Shown piece by piece: positions 24,401-32,627 of a stretch of DNA of 62,227 nucleotides. The position numbers and the translations under genes were made by a program. The DNA lies in IMG/VR virus record IMGVR_UViG_3300011115_000168, positions 1-62,227 of that record. One strand, 5' to 3'. Position 1 is the first letter of the stretch, and each line of letters starts with the position of its first letter. The notes below the pieces were generated by a model. The model did not search any database, was not told where the DNA came from, and worked only from the letters and a program-made list of their open reading frames with translations. This stretch comes from a virus. Its lineage: Duplodnaviria > Caudoviricetes.

Positions 24401-25415
24401 CGGCGCGGTGTACATGGCGGCTACGACCTACACGGGTACGGGCGCTACGCAAGTGGTTGCCAACACGGTCAACGGCACAGCAATGCAGCCTGATTTTGTA
24501 TGGTTAAAAAGCCGAAGTGTTAATCGTGACCATCGGTTAATGGATACCAATCGTGGAATTAACTACATACTTTATTCAGATTTAACAATTGCTGAAGCTA
24601 CTGGTTCTGCTTTATCTAGCGTTAACAGCAACGGGTTTACGCTCAACACCGCCGACCAAGGCAATAACAGCGGCGAAACCTACGTTGCATGGCAATGGAA
24701 AGCCAACGCTGGAACCAACGTATCTAACACCAGCGGCTCTATTACTAGCACGGTGAGCGCAAACACTACAGCTGGATTCAGCGTCGTGACCTACACGGGT
24801 ACAGGCGCTAACGCTACGGTGGGGCATGGGTTGGGTGTTGCACCAAGCATGGTGATTGTGAAGCAGCGCAATTCTGCCGCTGATTGGGTAGTCAAGCACG
24901 TTTCTTTGTCTAGTAACGACTCCACTTTAATTCTTGACAATACTTCAGCGGCAACTGTGTATTCGCCATCTGTTTGGAACAATACCGCTCCAACGTCCAC
25001 GGTGTTTTCAATTGGCACAAACACCGCCATCAACGTAAACACCAACACTTACGTTGCCTACTGCTTTGCCGCAGTAGCAGGCTACAGCGCATTTGGCAGC
25101 TACACGGGCAATGGTTCTGCGGACGGTACGTTTGTTTACCTTGGATTTCGACCACGGTTTATTATTGTAAAAAATACCTCAGGGGCAGATGCTTGGCAAA
25201 TGTGGGATACCACAAGAACCCCATACAACGTAGTTAATGGCGTTTTGTACCCAAACTTTAATACTGTGGAGACATCCAGCGGAACAAGTGATATTGACAT
25301 CCTATCCAACGGGTTTAAGGTTCGCACAAGCAATTCAAATGTAGGAACAAATGGCGCAACTTACATCTACATGGCCTTTGCCGAAAACCCATTCAAGTAC
25401 AGTAACGCCCGTTAA
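21429..25415 (+). CDS. Glycine-rich tail fibre/receptor-binding protein with ConA/LamG- and SPRY-like domains
   Basis: Two tandem Gly-rich domains, then RDPSAWYHIVVAVDT (LamG-like) and SGKYYWE (SPRY-like). Confidence 0.8.
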   Translation: MPRLSKVGAAALAAFGWTGGASVSASYLVVAGGGGGGSTGGGGGAGGYRTGTASLNPTLSYTVTVGAGGTSASTGNNGGNGGDSVFNAITSTGGGGGAGNPNSTSPNGGSGGGGAYGGVNGTGGSGNTPSTSPSQGNSGGNGFLGSTGGGGGGGASASGTNGSASGSGTGGNGGAGTASTISGSSVTYAGGGGGGGNTTGGTGGAGGGGNGGGGSSSGTIGITAGTANTGGGGGGSGFSPSTSVAGGSGVVIISYAGAQQFGGGVVTSDGTNTIHTFTTSGTLSPLSSLTAQYLIVAGGAGGGGNYHTVATGGGGGAGGLLTGTGLTIDANSNYVVVVGAGGAGGTGGAGTNGVNGTNSTFSMVATAAVGGGYGATNQQAGGNGGSGGGASGPTTSGTFAGGTATSGQGNAGGSANQFQGGGGGGAGAAGASGATGNGGNGLASSISGSSVTYAGGGGQTGGTGGGGNAGVAGTANTGGGGGMGAGGANNAGGAGGSGIVIISYSGSTQQMAGGTVTISGGNVIHTFTSSGYLTPIKYASRSLRFRSSANAYLNRTPAKASNQKTWTWSGWTKRGNMATGSAQFLFTAKSGTPWGGIVFENSTGQLQVTFTAGSSGGTYTSAYYRDPSAWYHIVVAVDTTQATAADRIKIYVNGVQVTSFSSTNYPAQNFDTQFNSAIAHYLGCSSSGTENVDGYMTEVNFIDGAALTPSSFGTFNSYGVWQPITYGGSYGTNGFYLTFGDNTSTTTLGYDTSPQGNNWTTNNISLTAGYTYDSMTDVPTLTSATVANYPTLNPLIGTASASYTLNDGNLKLASSAMSGHINATMAATSGKYYWECIVVSVSSNNDFSVGVDIYGTASLSASMGQSAGSYTIYSYAGNTYLQKRTNSSGTLTNTTAAVTNDIIMVAMDVGAGYVWWGKNGTWIDSGNPATGANPMYTGLTGTLIPGVNGGGGSTSTTTLSHNFGQQGFTYTPPSGFVALNTYNLSTPTIPNGAVYMAATTYTGTGATQVVANTVNGTAMQPDFVWLKSRSVNRDHRLMDTNRGINYILYSDLTIAEATGSALSSVNSNGFTLNTADQGNNSGETYVAWQWKANAGTNVSNTSGSITSTVSANTTAGFSVVTYTGTGANATVGHGLGVAPSMVIVKQRNSAADWVVKHVSLSSNDSTLILDNTSAATVYSPSVWNNTAPTSTVFSIGTNTAINVNTNTYVAYCFAAVAGYSAFGSYTGNGSADGTFVYLGFRPRFIIVKNTSGADAWQMWDTTRTPYNVVNGVLYPNFNTVETSSGTSDIDILSNGFKVRTSNSNVGTNGATYIYMAFAENPFKYSNAR

Positions 25416-25424
25416 GGAGAACAC

Positions 25425-25757
25425 ATGAGCCATTTTGCAAAAGTAGAGAACGGCATCGTCACTCAGGTGATTGTTGCTGAACAGGATTTCATCGACACTG
25501 GTGCGCTGGGCCACGGCTGGGTGCAGACCAGCTACAACACGCACGGCGGGCAACACCCCGAAGGCCGTCCGCTGCGCAAGAACTACGCTGGTATCGGCTA
25601 CGCCTACGATGAGGGCCGTGATGCCTTTATCCCGCCCAAGCCGTACCCATCGTGGACGCTGAACGAAGACACCTGCTTGTGGGATGCGCCGACTGCAATG
25701 CCCACCGACGGCATGTACACATGGGATGAAGCTACCACTTCTTGGGTGGCTGCATAA
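25425..25757 (+). CDS. Tail-fibre-associated protein
   Basis: MSHFAKV...WVQTSYN...RKNYAGIGY.YD..RDAFIPPKPYPSW. Confidence 0.7.
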   Translation: MSHFAKVENGIVTQVIVAEQDFIDTGALGHGWVQTSYNTHGGQHPEGRPLRKNYAGIGYAYDEGRDAFIPPKPYPSWTLNEDTCLWDAPTAMPTDGMYTWDEATTSWVAA

Positions 25758-25760
25758 ATC

Positions 25761-25922
25761 GTGATTGACCAAGTTGTCTCTGCTGAAAACCCGTGGCCCA
25801 ATACCGAAACCAAAACGGTATTGGTCTGCCGCATCCCTAAGAAGGATGATAGGCCGAGTACAAACGAGTTTGTAGACAAAGACGGACGTATCTGCCGCTG
25901 GGTAGTGATGGACAAAAAATGA
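25761..25922 (+). CDS. Small hypothetical protein (53 aa; not in ORF track)
   Basis: GTG start; fills the gap and is ATGA-coupled to the next gene. Confidence 0.5.
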   Translation: MIDQVVSAENPWPNTETKTVLVCRIPKKDDRPSTNEFVDKDGRICRWVVMDKK

Positions 25923-26389
25923 TAGACCCTTTCACCGCGTTTGCAGCCGCTCAGGCAGCGGTGAAGGGAATCCAAGCAGCTATCAAGCTGGGCAAGGATG
26001 TGCAGGGTATTGCGGCAGACCTGAGCAAGTTTTTTGAAGCCAAGGACATTGTTCAGCAGGCGGCGAACAACCCTAAAAAGTTCAAGTCGGACACGGCACA
26101 GGCGCTAGAGACGGTGATGCAAGCCAAGCAACTTGCGGAGGCCGAGACAGAACTGAAGAACGCGCTGATATGGTCGGGCAATGCGGATGTATGGGAAGGC
26201 GTGCTGCTAGAGCGGAACAACATCATCCAGCGGCGCAAGAAGGAAGAGATGGAAGCGGCAATGGCAAGGGCCAAGAAGCGCCAGCAGATAATGGAGGCCG
26301 TTAGTATGGTCTTCTGGATTTCGGTGTTCTTGGCGGCAATTGGCCTGAGTTATTTTTTCACAACTCTATTTTTGGAGAGACGCGCATGA
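25919..26389 (+). CDS. Membrane-anchored coiled-coil protein in the lysis region
   Basis: C-terminal transmembrane helix. Confidence 0.7.
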   Translation: MIDPFTAFAAAQAAVKGIQAAIKLGKDVQGIAADLSKFFEAKDIVQQAANNPKKFKSDTAQALETVMQAKQLAEAETELKNALIWSGNADVWEGVLLERNNIIQRRKKEEMEAAMARAKKRQQIMEAVSMVFWISVFLAAIGLSYFFTTLFLERRA

Positions 26390-26898
26390 TTCCAATCCTT
26401 GGTGCATTGCTGGGCACACTGGCTGAAAACGGTCTGGGGCTGCTGTCCTCTGCTATTCAGGCCAAAGGCAAAGAGGTGGTCGAGAACACCTTGGGCGTAA
26501 AGATACCCGACAACCCTACCCCTGAAGATGTTGCCAAGCTGCGGCAGCTTCAGTACGAGCATGAAGAGCGCCTGATTGAACTCGGCATTGAAAAAGCCAA
26601 AATGGAGTTGGCTGAACTGGAACTGCTTGCCAAAGCCGCACAAGCCGATGCCGACAACATCACAGACCGCTGGCAGGCTGACATGTCTTCCGACTCTTGG
26701 CTGTCTAAGAACATCCGACCTATGTCGCTGGTTGCGCTGTTTTTGGGCTACTTCTTGTTTGCCATGATGTCTGCTTACGGTTACAACGCCAATGAGAGCT
26801 ACGTAACTTTGCTGGGAAATTGGGGACAGCTAATCATGGGCGCATATTTTGGCGGGCGCACAATTGAAAAGCTGGCTGAAATGAGAATCAAAAAGTGA
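26386..26898 (+). CDS. Holin (3TM GTA-holin-like)
   Basis: DSWLSKNIRP, hydrophobic helices and YFGGRT.EK. Confidence 0.75.
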   Translation: MIPILGALLGTLAENGLGLLSSAIQAKGKEVVENTLGVKIPDNPTPEDVAKLRQLQYEHEERLIELGIEKAKMELAELELLAKAAQADADNITDRWQADMSSDSWLSKNIRPMSLVALFLGYFLFAMMSAYGYNANESYVTLLGNWGQLIMGAYFGGRTIEKLAEMRIKK

Positions 26899-27092
26899 TA
26901 TCCATTCCCGTCCTCTACATTTGCGTTGCAGCACACTGCGAGTTCTTGCAGCAGCTTACCCATTACGCTGATAGGAAGCTGTGCATGGAAGCCGCAGAAG
27001 CAAAGAAGCAGGAGTACATCAGGCTGGGCGCTAAAGTAGACGCAACGTGTATTGACCTAATTGTTCAAAAAAGGGGTAGTTATGAGTCTTAG
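26895..27092 (+). CDS. Small Cys-rich protein
   Basis: Four Cys; coupled between holin and endolysin. Confidence 0.55.
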   Translation: MISIPVLYICVAAHCEFLQQLTHYADRKLCMEAAEAKKQEYIRLGAKVDATCIDLIVQKRGSYES

Positions 27093-27420
27093 TACCGAAC
27101 AAGCAGCGTTTCTGCTGGATTTCTGTAAGCTGGTGCAGTACGCCACCGACCAAGGTTTTATGGTTACCGGCGGGGAACTTGCCCGTACCCCGGAGCAGCA
27201 GGCCATCTACTTCAAGACAGGCCGGTCTAAGACCATGAACTCCATCCACCTCAAGCGTTGCGCTGCCGACCTGAACTTCTTCCGTGATGGCAAAATCATC
27301 TGGGACAAGGCCACCATTGCTCCGCTGGGTGCGTACTGGGAGACGTTACACCCAAAAAATCGCTGGGGCGGAAACTTTAAGAGCTTGGTAGACTGCCCGC
27401 ACTTTGAACGGAACGTGTAA
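27082..27420 (+). CDS. Endolysin, M15 family Zn peptidase
   Basis: RT.EQQ, S.H...A.D, WGG.F...D.PHFE. Confidence 0.85.
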   Translation: MSLSTEQAAFLLDFCKLVQYATDQGFMVTGGELARTPEQQAIYFKTGRSKTMNSIHLKRCAADLNFFRDGKIIWDKATIAPLGAYWETLHPKNRWGGNFKSLVDCPHFERNV

Positions 27421-27428
27421 CCGCCACC

Positions 27429-29546
27429 ATGCCACTACAAAAAGTCATTCTCAAGCCCGGTGTAAATAGGGAGAACACCCGCTACACCAACGAGGGCGGG
27501 TACTACGAATCTGACAAGGTTCGGTTCCGCCAAGGCACGCCTGAGAAAATTGGTGGGTGGCAGCGCATCTCGGCAAATACGTTCAGCGGCCTGTGCCGCT
27601 CTCTGTGGAATTGGATAACGCTGGGTTCGTTAAACCTGCTGGGTGTTGGTACTAACCTCAAGTTCTACATTGAGCGCGGCGGTGCGTACTACGACATCAC
27701 TCCTATCCGTACTACCAACACGCTGACCAACCCGTTTACCACAGCTACGTCTACCAATACAGGCACAACGACTACGGTCTTAGTTACTGACGCTAACGGC
27801 GGGTTCATCAACAACGACTACGTCACTTTCGATGTGGGCGGCGCGGCCTCGGTCACGTTCAACGGCATCACCATCACCACCAATACTGAGTACCAGATTA
27901 CGTACGTAAGCTCCTCGACCTACAACATTACGGTAACCGGCACAGCATCGGCAAGTTCTGCTGGTGGCGGAACCATCTACGCTGTCTACCAAATCAACAC
28001 AGGCCCATCTTATGCGGCTCCTTTGGTTGGATGGGGTTCAAGTACTTGGGGCTCTGGCGCTTGGGGTATTGGTACTGCGTCTACGGACGCTTTGCGCATT
28101 TGGAACCAAGTTAACTGGGGTGAAGACCTTGTGTACGGCCCTCGTGGTGGGCCTTTGTATTACTGGGACGCAGCTAAGAATGTGAACGGCTCCATAGCTA
28201 CGCTGACCATTGCGTCTCCTTGTGTAGTCACAGCCAATGTAAGCCTTGCAGATGGCACACCAATTAGTTTCTCTACTACTGGGTGGTTACCGACTGGGCT
28301 GTTGCCGGGAGTTACGTACTACACTAAATACATATCTGCGTTTACGTTTAATTTAGCAGCCACGTCGGGCGGTGCTTCTATTAATACAAGCGGTACGCAA
28401 TCTGGTACGCAGACCATCAATGCTAACGGGGTACTACTGTCTTCCTTGACCGGCGCGGATGGGTACACCCCGCTGTACCAGAACTACTTTACGGTGTCTG
28501 ATGTCAGCCGGTTCTTACTTGTTTTTGGCACGAACGATTACGGCAGCACTACGCTTGACCCCATGCTTATCCGGTGGTCTGACCAAGAATCGTTGACTAC
28601 GTGGTATCCGGCAGTGACTAACCAAGCGGGCAGTGTGCGCTTGTCCCATGGCTCTAAAATTGTTGTTTCACTGCAAAGCCGTCAGGAGCTTCTGGTCTTC
28701 ACTGACCAAGCCCTTTATTCGCTTCAGTACCTTGGCCCCCCATATGTGTGGGGCACACAACTGCTTGTAGACAATGTATCGATTGCAGGGCCAAATGCAG
28801 CGGCTATTGCTTCGGGTGTTACCTATTGGATGGGCGTAGACAAGTTCTACAAATACGATGGACGGGTTCAAACTTTGCGTTGCGACCTACGTCAGTACAT
28901 CTATAGTGACATCAATACCCTTCAATACGACCAGATATTTGCTGGGACGAATGAGGGCTTCAATGAGGTATGGTGGTTCTATTGCTCACAAAATAGTGTG
29001 GACAGCAGGATTGACCGGTATGTTGTCTACAACTACGCAGAAGATATTTGGTACTACGGGTCTATGGCCCGTACTGCTTGGCTGGATACTGGCTTACGCA
29101 ACTTCCCCATTGCAGCCACATATAGCTACAACATCGTGAACCATGAGTCCGGTGTGGACAACAACGAGACCGCAACCGCACTGCCTATTGAATCATCTAT
29201 TACTACCGCCCAGTACGACATTGGGGATGGGCACAACTTTGCGTTTGTGTACCGCATGATTCCTGACTTGACGTTTCGTGGGTCTACGTCTGGGACTACA
29301 CCACAAGTGACCATGTATCTGCAGGGTCTGAACAACTCGGGCTCTGGCATCACGCAGACCGGCAACGCTAATGTGGTCAACACAGGTTCGGCCCCTTCGG
29401 TCATCAACGTAGATGAATTTACCGGGCAGGTTTATATCCGCGTCCGTGGTCGCCAGATGCAAATGAAGATTACTTCCAACACGCTTGGTACGCAGTGGCA
29501 GCTTGGCGCTCCCCGCGTTGATATCCGTCCTGACGGCAGAAGGTAG
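27429..29546 (+). CDS. Tail tubular protein B/nozzle (P22 gp10-like stabilisation protein)
   Basis: 705 aa beta-rich protein; IRWSDQE; precedes the ejection proteins. Confidence 0.65.
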   Translation: MPLQKVILKPGVNRENTRYTNEGGYYESDKVRFRQGTPEKIGGWQRISANTFSGLCRSLWNWITLGSLNLLGVGTNLKFYIERGGAYYDITPIRTTNTLTNPFTTATSTNTGTTTTVLVTDANGGFINNDYVTFDVGGAASVTFNGITITTNTEYQITYVSSSTYNITVTGTASASSAGGGTIYAVYQINTGPSYAAPLVGWGSSTWGSGAWGIGTASTDALRIWNQVNWGEDLVYGPRGGPLYYWDAAKNVNGSIATLTIASPCVVTANVSLADGTPISFSTTGWLPTGLLPGVTYYTKYISAFTFNLAATSGGASINTSGTQSGTQTINANGVLLSSLTGADGYTPLYQNYFTVSDVSRFLLVFGTNDYGSTTLDPMLIRWSDQESLTTWYPAVTNQAGSVRLSHGSKIVVSLQSRQELLVFTDQALYSLQYLGPPYVWGTQLLVDNVSIAGPNAAAIASGVTYWMGVDKFYKYDGRVQTLRCDLRQYIYSDINTLQYDQIFAGTNEGFNEVWWFYCSQNSVDSRIDRYVVYNYAEDIWYYGSMARTAWLDTGLRNFPIAATYSYNIVNHESGVDNNETATALPIESSITTAQYDIGDGHNFAFVYRMIPDLTFRGSTSGTTPQVTMYLQGLNNSGSGITQTGNANVVNTGSAPSVINVDEFTGQVYIRVRGRQMQMKITSNTLGTQWQLGAPRVDIRPDGRR

Positions 29547-29548
29547 AC

Positions 29549-29848
29549 ATGGGACAAAAAAACGTAGTCGCGCCCCGGCTTCCTGCTGCCCCGGAAATGT
29601 ATGACCGTCAGGCTATGAATGAGATTTTTCGGGTTCTTTCGATATACTTCAGGCAATTGGACAACAACGGCCCTATAGCTATCAGCACTCAGCGAAATGG
29701 TACAGATGTTGTTGCAGCGTTAAGCGCCCCGCCTACAGGTAATACATCGGTTCCCAGCTTGCCAACGCAGGCAGATTTGGCTAGTTTGCGGGTTGGGGAC
29801 ATCTACTACGACACAAGCGCAAGTAATGTGCTTAAGGTCAAGACGTAA
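29549..29848 (+). CDS. Hypothetical tail protein
   Basis: Synteny after the nozzle gene. Confidence 0.65.
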   Translation: MGQKNVVAPRLPAAPEMYDRQAMNEIFRVLSIYFRQLDNNGPIAISTQRNGTDVVAALSAPPTGNTSVPSLPTQADLASLRVGDIYYDTSASNVLKVKT

Positions 29849-29862
29849 GAAAGAGGTAAATT

Positions 29863-32199
29863 ATGGCCTTCGGTTTTGATGATTTTGCAGGTTTATTTGA
29901 CCCCATATCCGACGTACTAGGTACGTCTGGGCGCAAAGGCGTAGGCCTACTCCAACAAGAACCCGAAGACCTTCAACGCGCAGCTATGTTGGCTGCCCTA
30001 GCTGCATCTGGATATGGCATGTTAACTGCCGCTGCCCCCGGAGCCGCTGGGGTTGCCGCCGCTGGAGCCCCCGCTACTCTTGTTACACCCAGCGCCGGTA
30101 TTTTGGCAGCGGCCCCTGAAGCTGCGGCAGTGGTAGCTCCCGAAGTTGCGTCCTTAGGCGCGGAAGAAGCCACTAGACTTGCAATGGAAGAAGCTGCAAA
30201 GGAAGCTGCACAGGAAAGTATTGTGCAATCAGCCAAACTAGACCCTGGTTTGCTACGCGATGTAAGCGCGGATGGTATTCAAACCGCCGACGCAGGTGGC
30301 AATTATCTTGAAACTATACGGGATAAACTTTTTGGCAAACCAGTTGAGTTAGACCCTTCCAAAATGCCACCGGATTATGTGTCGCTTCACGCAGAACAAC
30401 CATTTGCAAGGACTAGCGCTTATGCAGATTTAAATGCAGTGCCTCCCGGCCTAGAAGCTGAAATTAATGCCCAACAAATTGCTGATTATGGAACGCAACC
30501 TATTAGAGGTGGGGCTTCTACTTATTTAGATGAACCAACTGAAGAGTTAATTAAACAAAACACTCCCGAGTACGCTAATTATTTAGACGCAACAAACACT
30601 AGCCGTTATAGAGGCAGTTTTGACGACTATCAAAGAATTAATCTAGAAAATGAGTTTGCTAAAAGGTCCGCCGCTGCGCCGCCTTCTACTATTCAGCATT
30701 TTGATAACCCCGCATCTACTACCCAAAACGTATTCCGGGGTAACCCTGCTGAAGCGGGTTTTCAACCGCCTCAAGTAACAAGAGGTGGGTACTTCAACAA
30801 CGGTATCAATGGTGAATACACCGATACGCTGACTCCATTTGAGCGGGGGATGGATACTGCTGGAAGATACTTTGATAAAACAACAGACTACATAGAGAAG
30901 AATCCCTATAAATCTGCTGGCCTAGCTTATTTTGGTGCATCTAAACTGGGGCTGCTTGATCCACCTAAGCAAGAACCCATTGCGGACAATTACAAGAACC
31001 CGTACACCATGACTGGGTTCCGTCGGTCTTCGCCTAGTCCGTCTGCTTATCAGTACAAGCCCCGCTATGCCCAAGGTGGTATTGCCAGCGTACAAGGCTA
31101 CGCAAAGGGCGGACGGTCTAAGGCTGAGTCGGCGATGGACTTCTACGATGCCATGAACCCCCAGCAGGAAGCGCCACCTCTCAGGCACGGTGACCCCGGC
31201 ATTTACTATGACATGGACCCAGACACGCGGTATCTAGACCCAATGGAAGCCGCCATGGTGCGCATGTCCAAGCTCAACAGCCGTACCAACGTGCAGGCTC
31301 CTACTATGGCTCCGTCTAGGCGCATGGGTGAGTTGGACTTCAAACCCGTTGCCGCTGCGCAAGGCGGGATCATGGGCTACGCTAGTGGTGGAGATGTCCC
31401 TATTGAGGAAAATCAGTTCAATAAGCTAACTGGGCGTGGTAATGGTAGGCCTGAGGATCACAACCCTGCGTGGACTAATGCTACTCCAGCAGAAAAAGCT
31501 GCTTATTACAAAGAACGCCCAATGCAAGGAGCTTTTAATCGTGTTTTGTACCAAGGATTGAAATTTGCGCCTTTTATTGGCCCAACATTACGCCTTCAAG
31601 AAATGACAAACCCTGAGTTTGTAGCTAACCAACAAGCTATATGGAATGGGTATGACCCCGCTGCATTTGCGGAAGGCCCTCCAGACCCAAATTTCAACGG
31701 TCAAGCAGCCGCAGCAGCACGTCAAGAAGGTCAAATAGCGGCAGTAAATGCGGCAAATGCAGCGGGTGCAGGGTTGGCAGCTAATCCTATGAGTACAGAC
31801 CCCTCACAACGAGGTGGCGGTGGTGGCGGTGGTGGGGCTAGTAATAGCAATCCGGGAGACACCGGTAGAGGTGGTGGCGGCGCGCATTTAGCTCAAGGCG
31901 GTGGCATCATGGGGTACAACCTCGGTGGCTATGCTTCTGGGGGAAACCCTAGGTTACTTCGTGGGCCCGGAGATGGCATGAGTGACCACATCCCTGCTAC
32001 CATCAACAATCGCCAACCAGCACGCTTAGCCGACGGAGAGTACGTAATCACTGCGGATGTGGTGTCACATCTGGGCAATGGCTCAACCGAAGCGGGTGCA
32101 AGACAACTAGATGCAATGATGAAACGAATTCGCAAAGGTCGGACGGGCACTCCTAAACAGGGTAAGCAGATTAACCCTCGTAAGTACTTGCCTGCATGA
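29863..32199 (+). CDS. Internal virion/ejection protein with multiple YAxGG motifs and C-terminal GPGDGxSDxIPA...GEYV domain
   Basis: Low complexity, seven xxxGG motifs, compact C-terminal domain. Confidence 0.7.
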   Translation: MAFGFDDFAGLFDPISDVLGTSGRKGVGLLQQEPEDLQRAAMLAALAASGYGMLTAAAPGAAGVAAAGAPATLVTPSAGILAAAPEAAAVVAPEVASLGAEEATRLAMEEAAKEAAQESIVQSAKLDPGLLRDVSADGIQTADAGGNYLETIRDKLFGKPVELDPSKMPPDYVSLHAEQPFARTSAYADLNAVPPGLEAEINAQQIADYGTQPIRGGASTYLDEPTEELIKQNTPEYANYLDATNTSRYRGSFDDYQRINLENEFAKRSAAAPPSTIQHFDNPASTTQNVFRGNPAEAGFQPPQVTRGGYFNNGINGEYTDTLTPFERGMDTAGRYFDKTTDYIEKNPYKSAGLAYFGASKLGLLDPPKQEPIADNYKNPYTMTGFRRSSPSPSAYQYKPRYAQGGIASVQGYAKGGRSKAESAMDFYDAMNPQQEAPPLRHGDPGIYYDMDPDTRYLDPMEAAMVRMSKLNSRTNVQAPTMAPSRRMGELDFKPVAAAQGGIMGYASGGDVPIEENQFNKLTGRGNGRPEDHNPAWTNATPAEKAAYYKERPMQGAFNRVLYQGLKFAPFIGPTLRLQEMTNPEFVANQQAIWNGYDPAAFAEGPPDPNFNGQAAAAARQEGQIAAVNAANAAGAGLAANPMSTDPSQRGGGGGGGGASNSNPGDTGRGGGGAHLAQGGGIMGYNLGGYASGGNPRLLRGPGDGMSDHIPATINNRQPARLADGEYVITADVVSHLGNGSTEAGARQLDAMMKRIRKGRTGTPKQGKQINPRKYLPA

Positions 32200-32627
32200 T
32201 TGAAGTCTCGATGGTTCCTAGGGAGTACATAGATACTTGTTGGGACAAAGTTGAGGCGTATTTAGAAAAAGCAGCCGAGCACACGCACGGGCGCTTTACA
32301 GTTGACGACATCTATAATTCCATTATTGGTTATGACCATGACCTGTGGGTGGCTTATGACGGTGTTGATATAAAAGGCGCTGTAGTCACTAATTTTGCCG
32401 TGTATCCACGCAGCAAGTACTTGACGATGCAGTTTTGTGGTGGTGTAGAGCTAAAGAGTTGGAAAGACCCTATGCTGAGCTTGCTGAGACGTTACGCTAA
32501 AGACATGGGATGCGACGGCATCGAGTCCACAGCACGCCGGGGCTGGGCTAAAGTCTTTCAAGACGACGGATACAAAGGTACTTGGGTTACTTTCCAACTG
32601 CCTCTTGAAGGAGTAAATCATGGGTAA
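32196..32627 (+). CDS. GNAT-fold-like protein of the internal-virion module
   Basis: 143 aa between ejection genes (position of T7 gp13/P22 gp14); AKDMGC..IE...R.GW. Confidence 0.55.
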   Translation: MIEVSMVPREYIDTCWDKVEAYLEKAAEHTHGRFTVDDIYNSIIGYDHDLWVAYDGVDIKGAVVTNFAVYPRSKYLTMQFCGGVELKSWKDPMLSLLRRYAKDMGCDGIESTARRGWAKVFQDDGYKGTWVTFQLPLEGVNHG

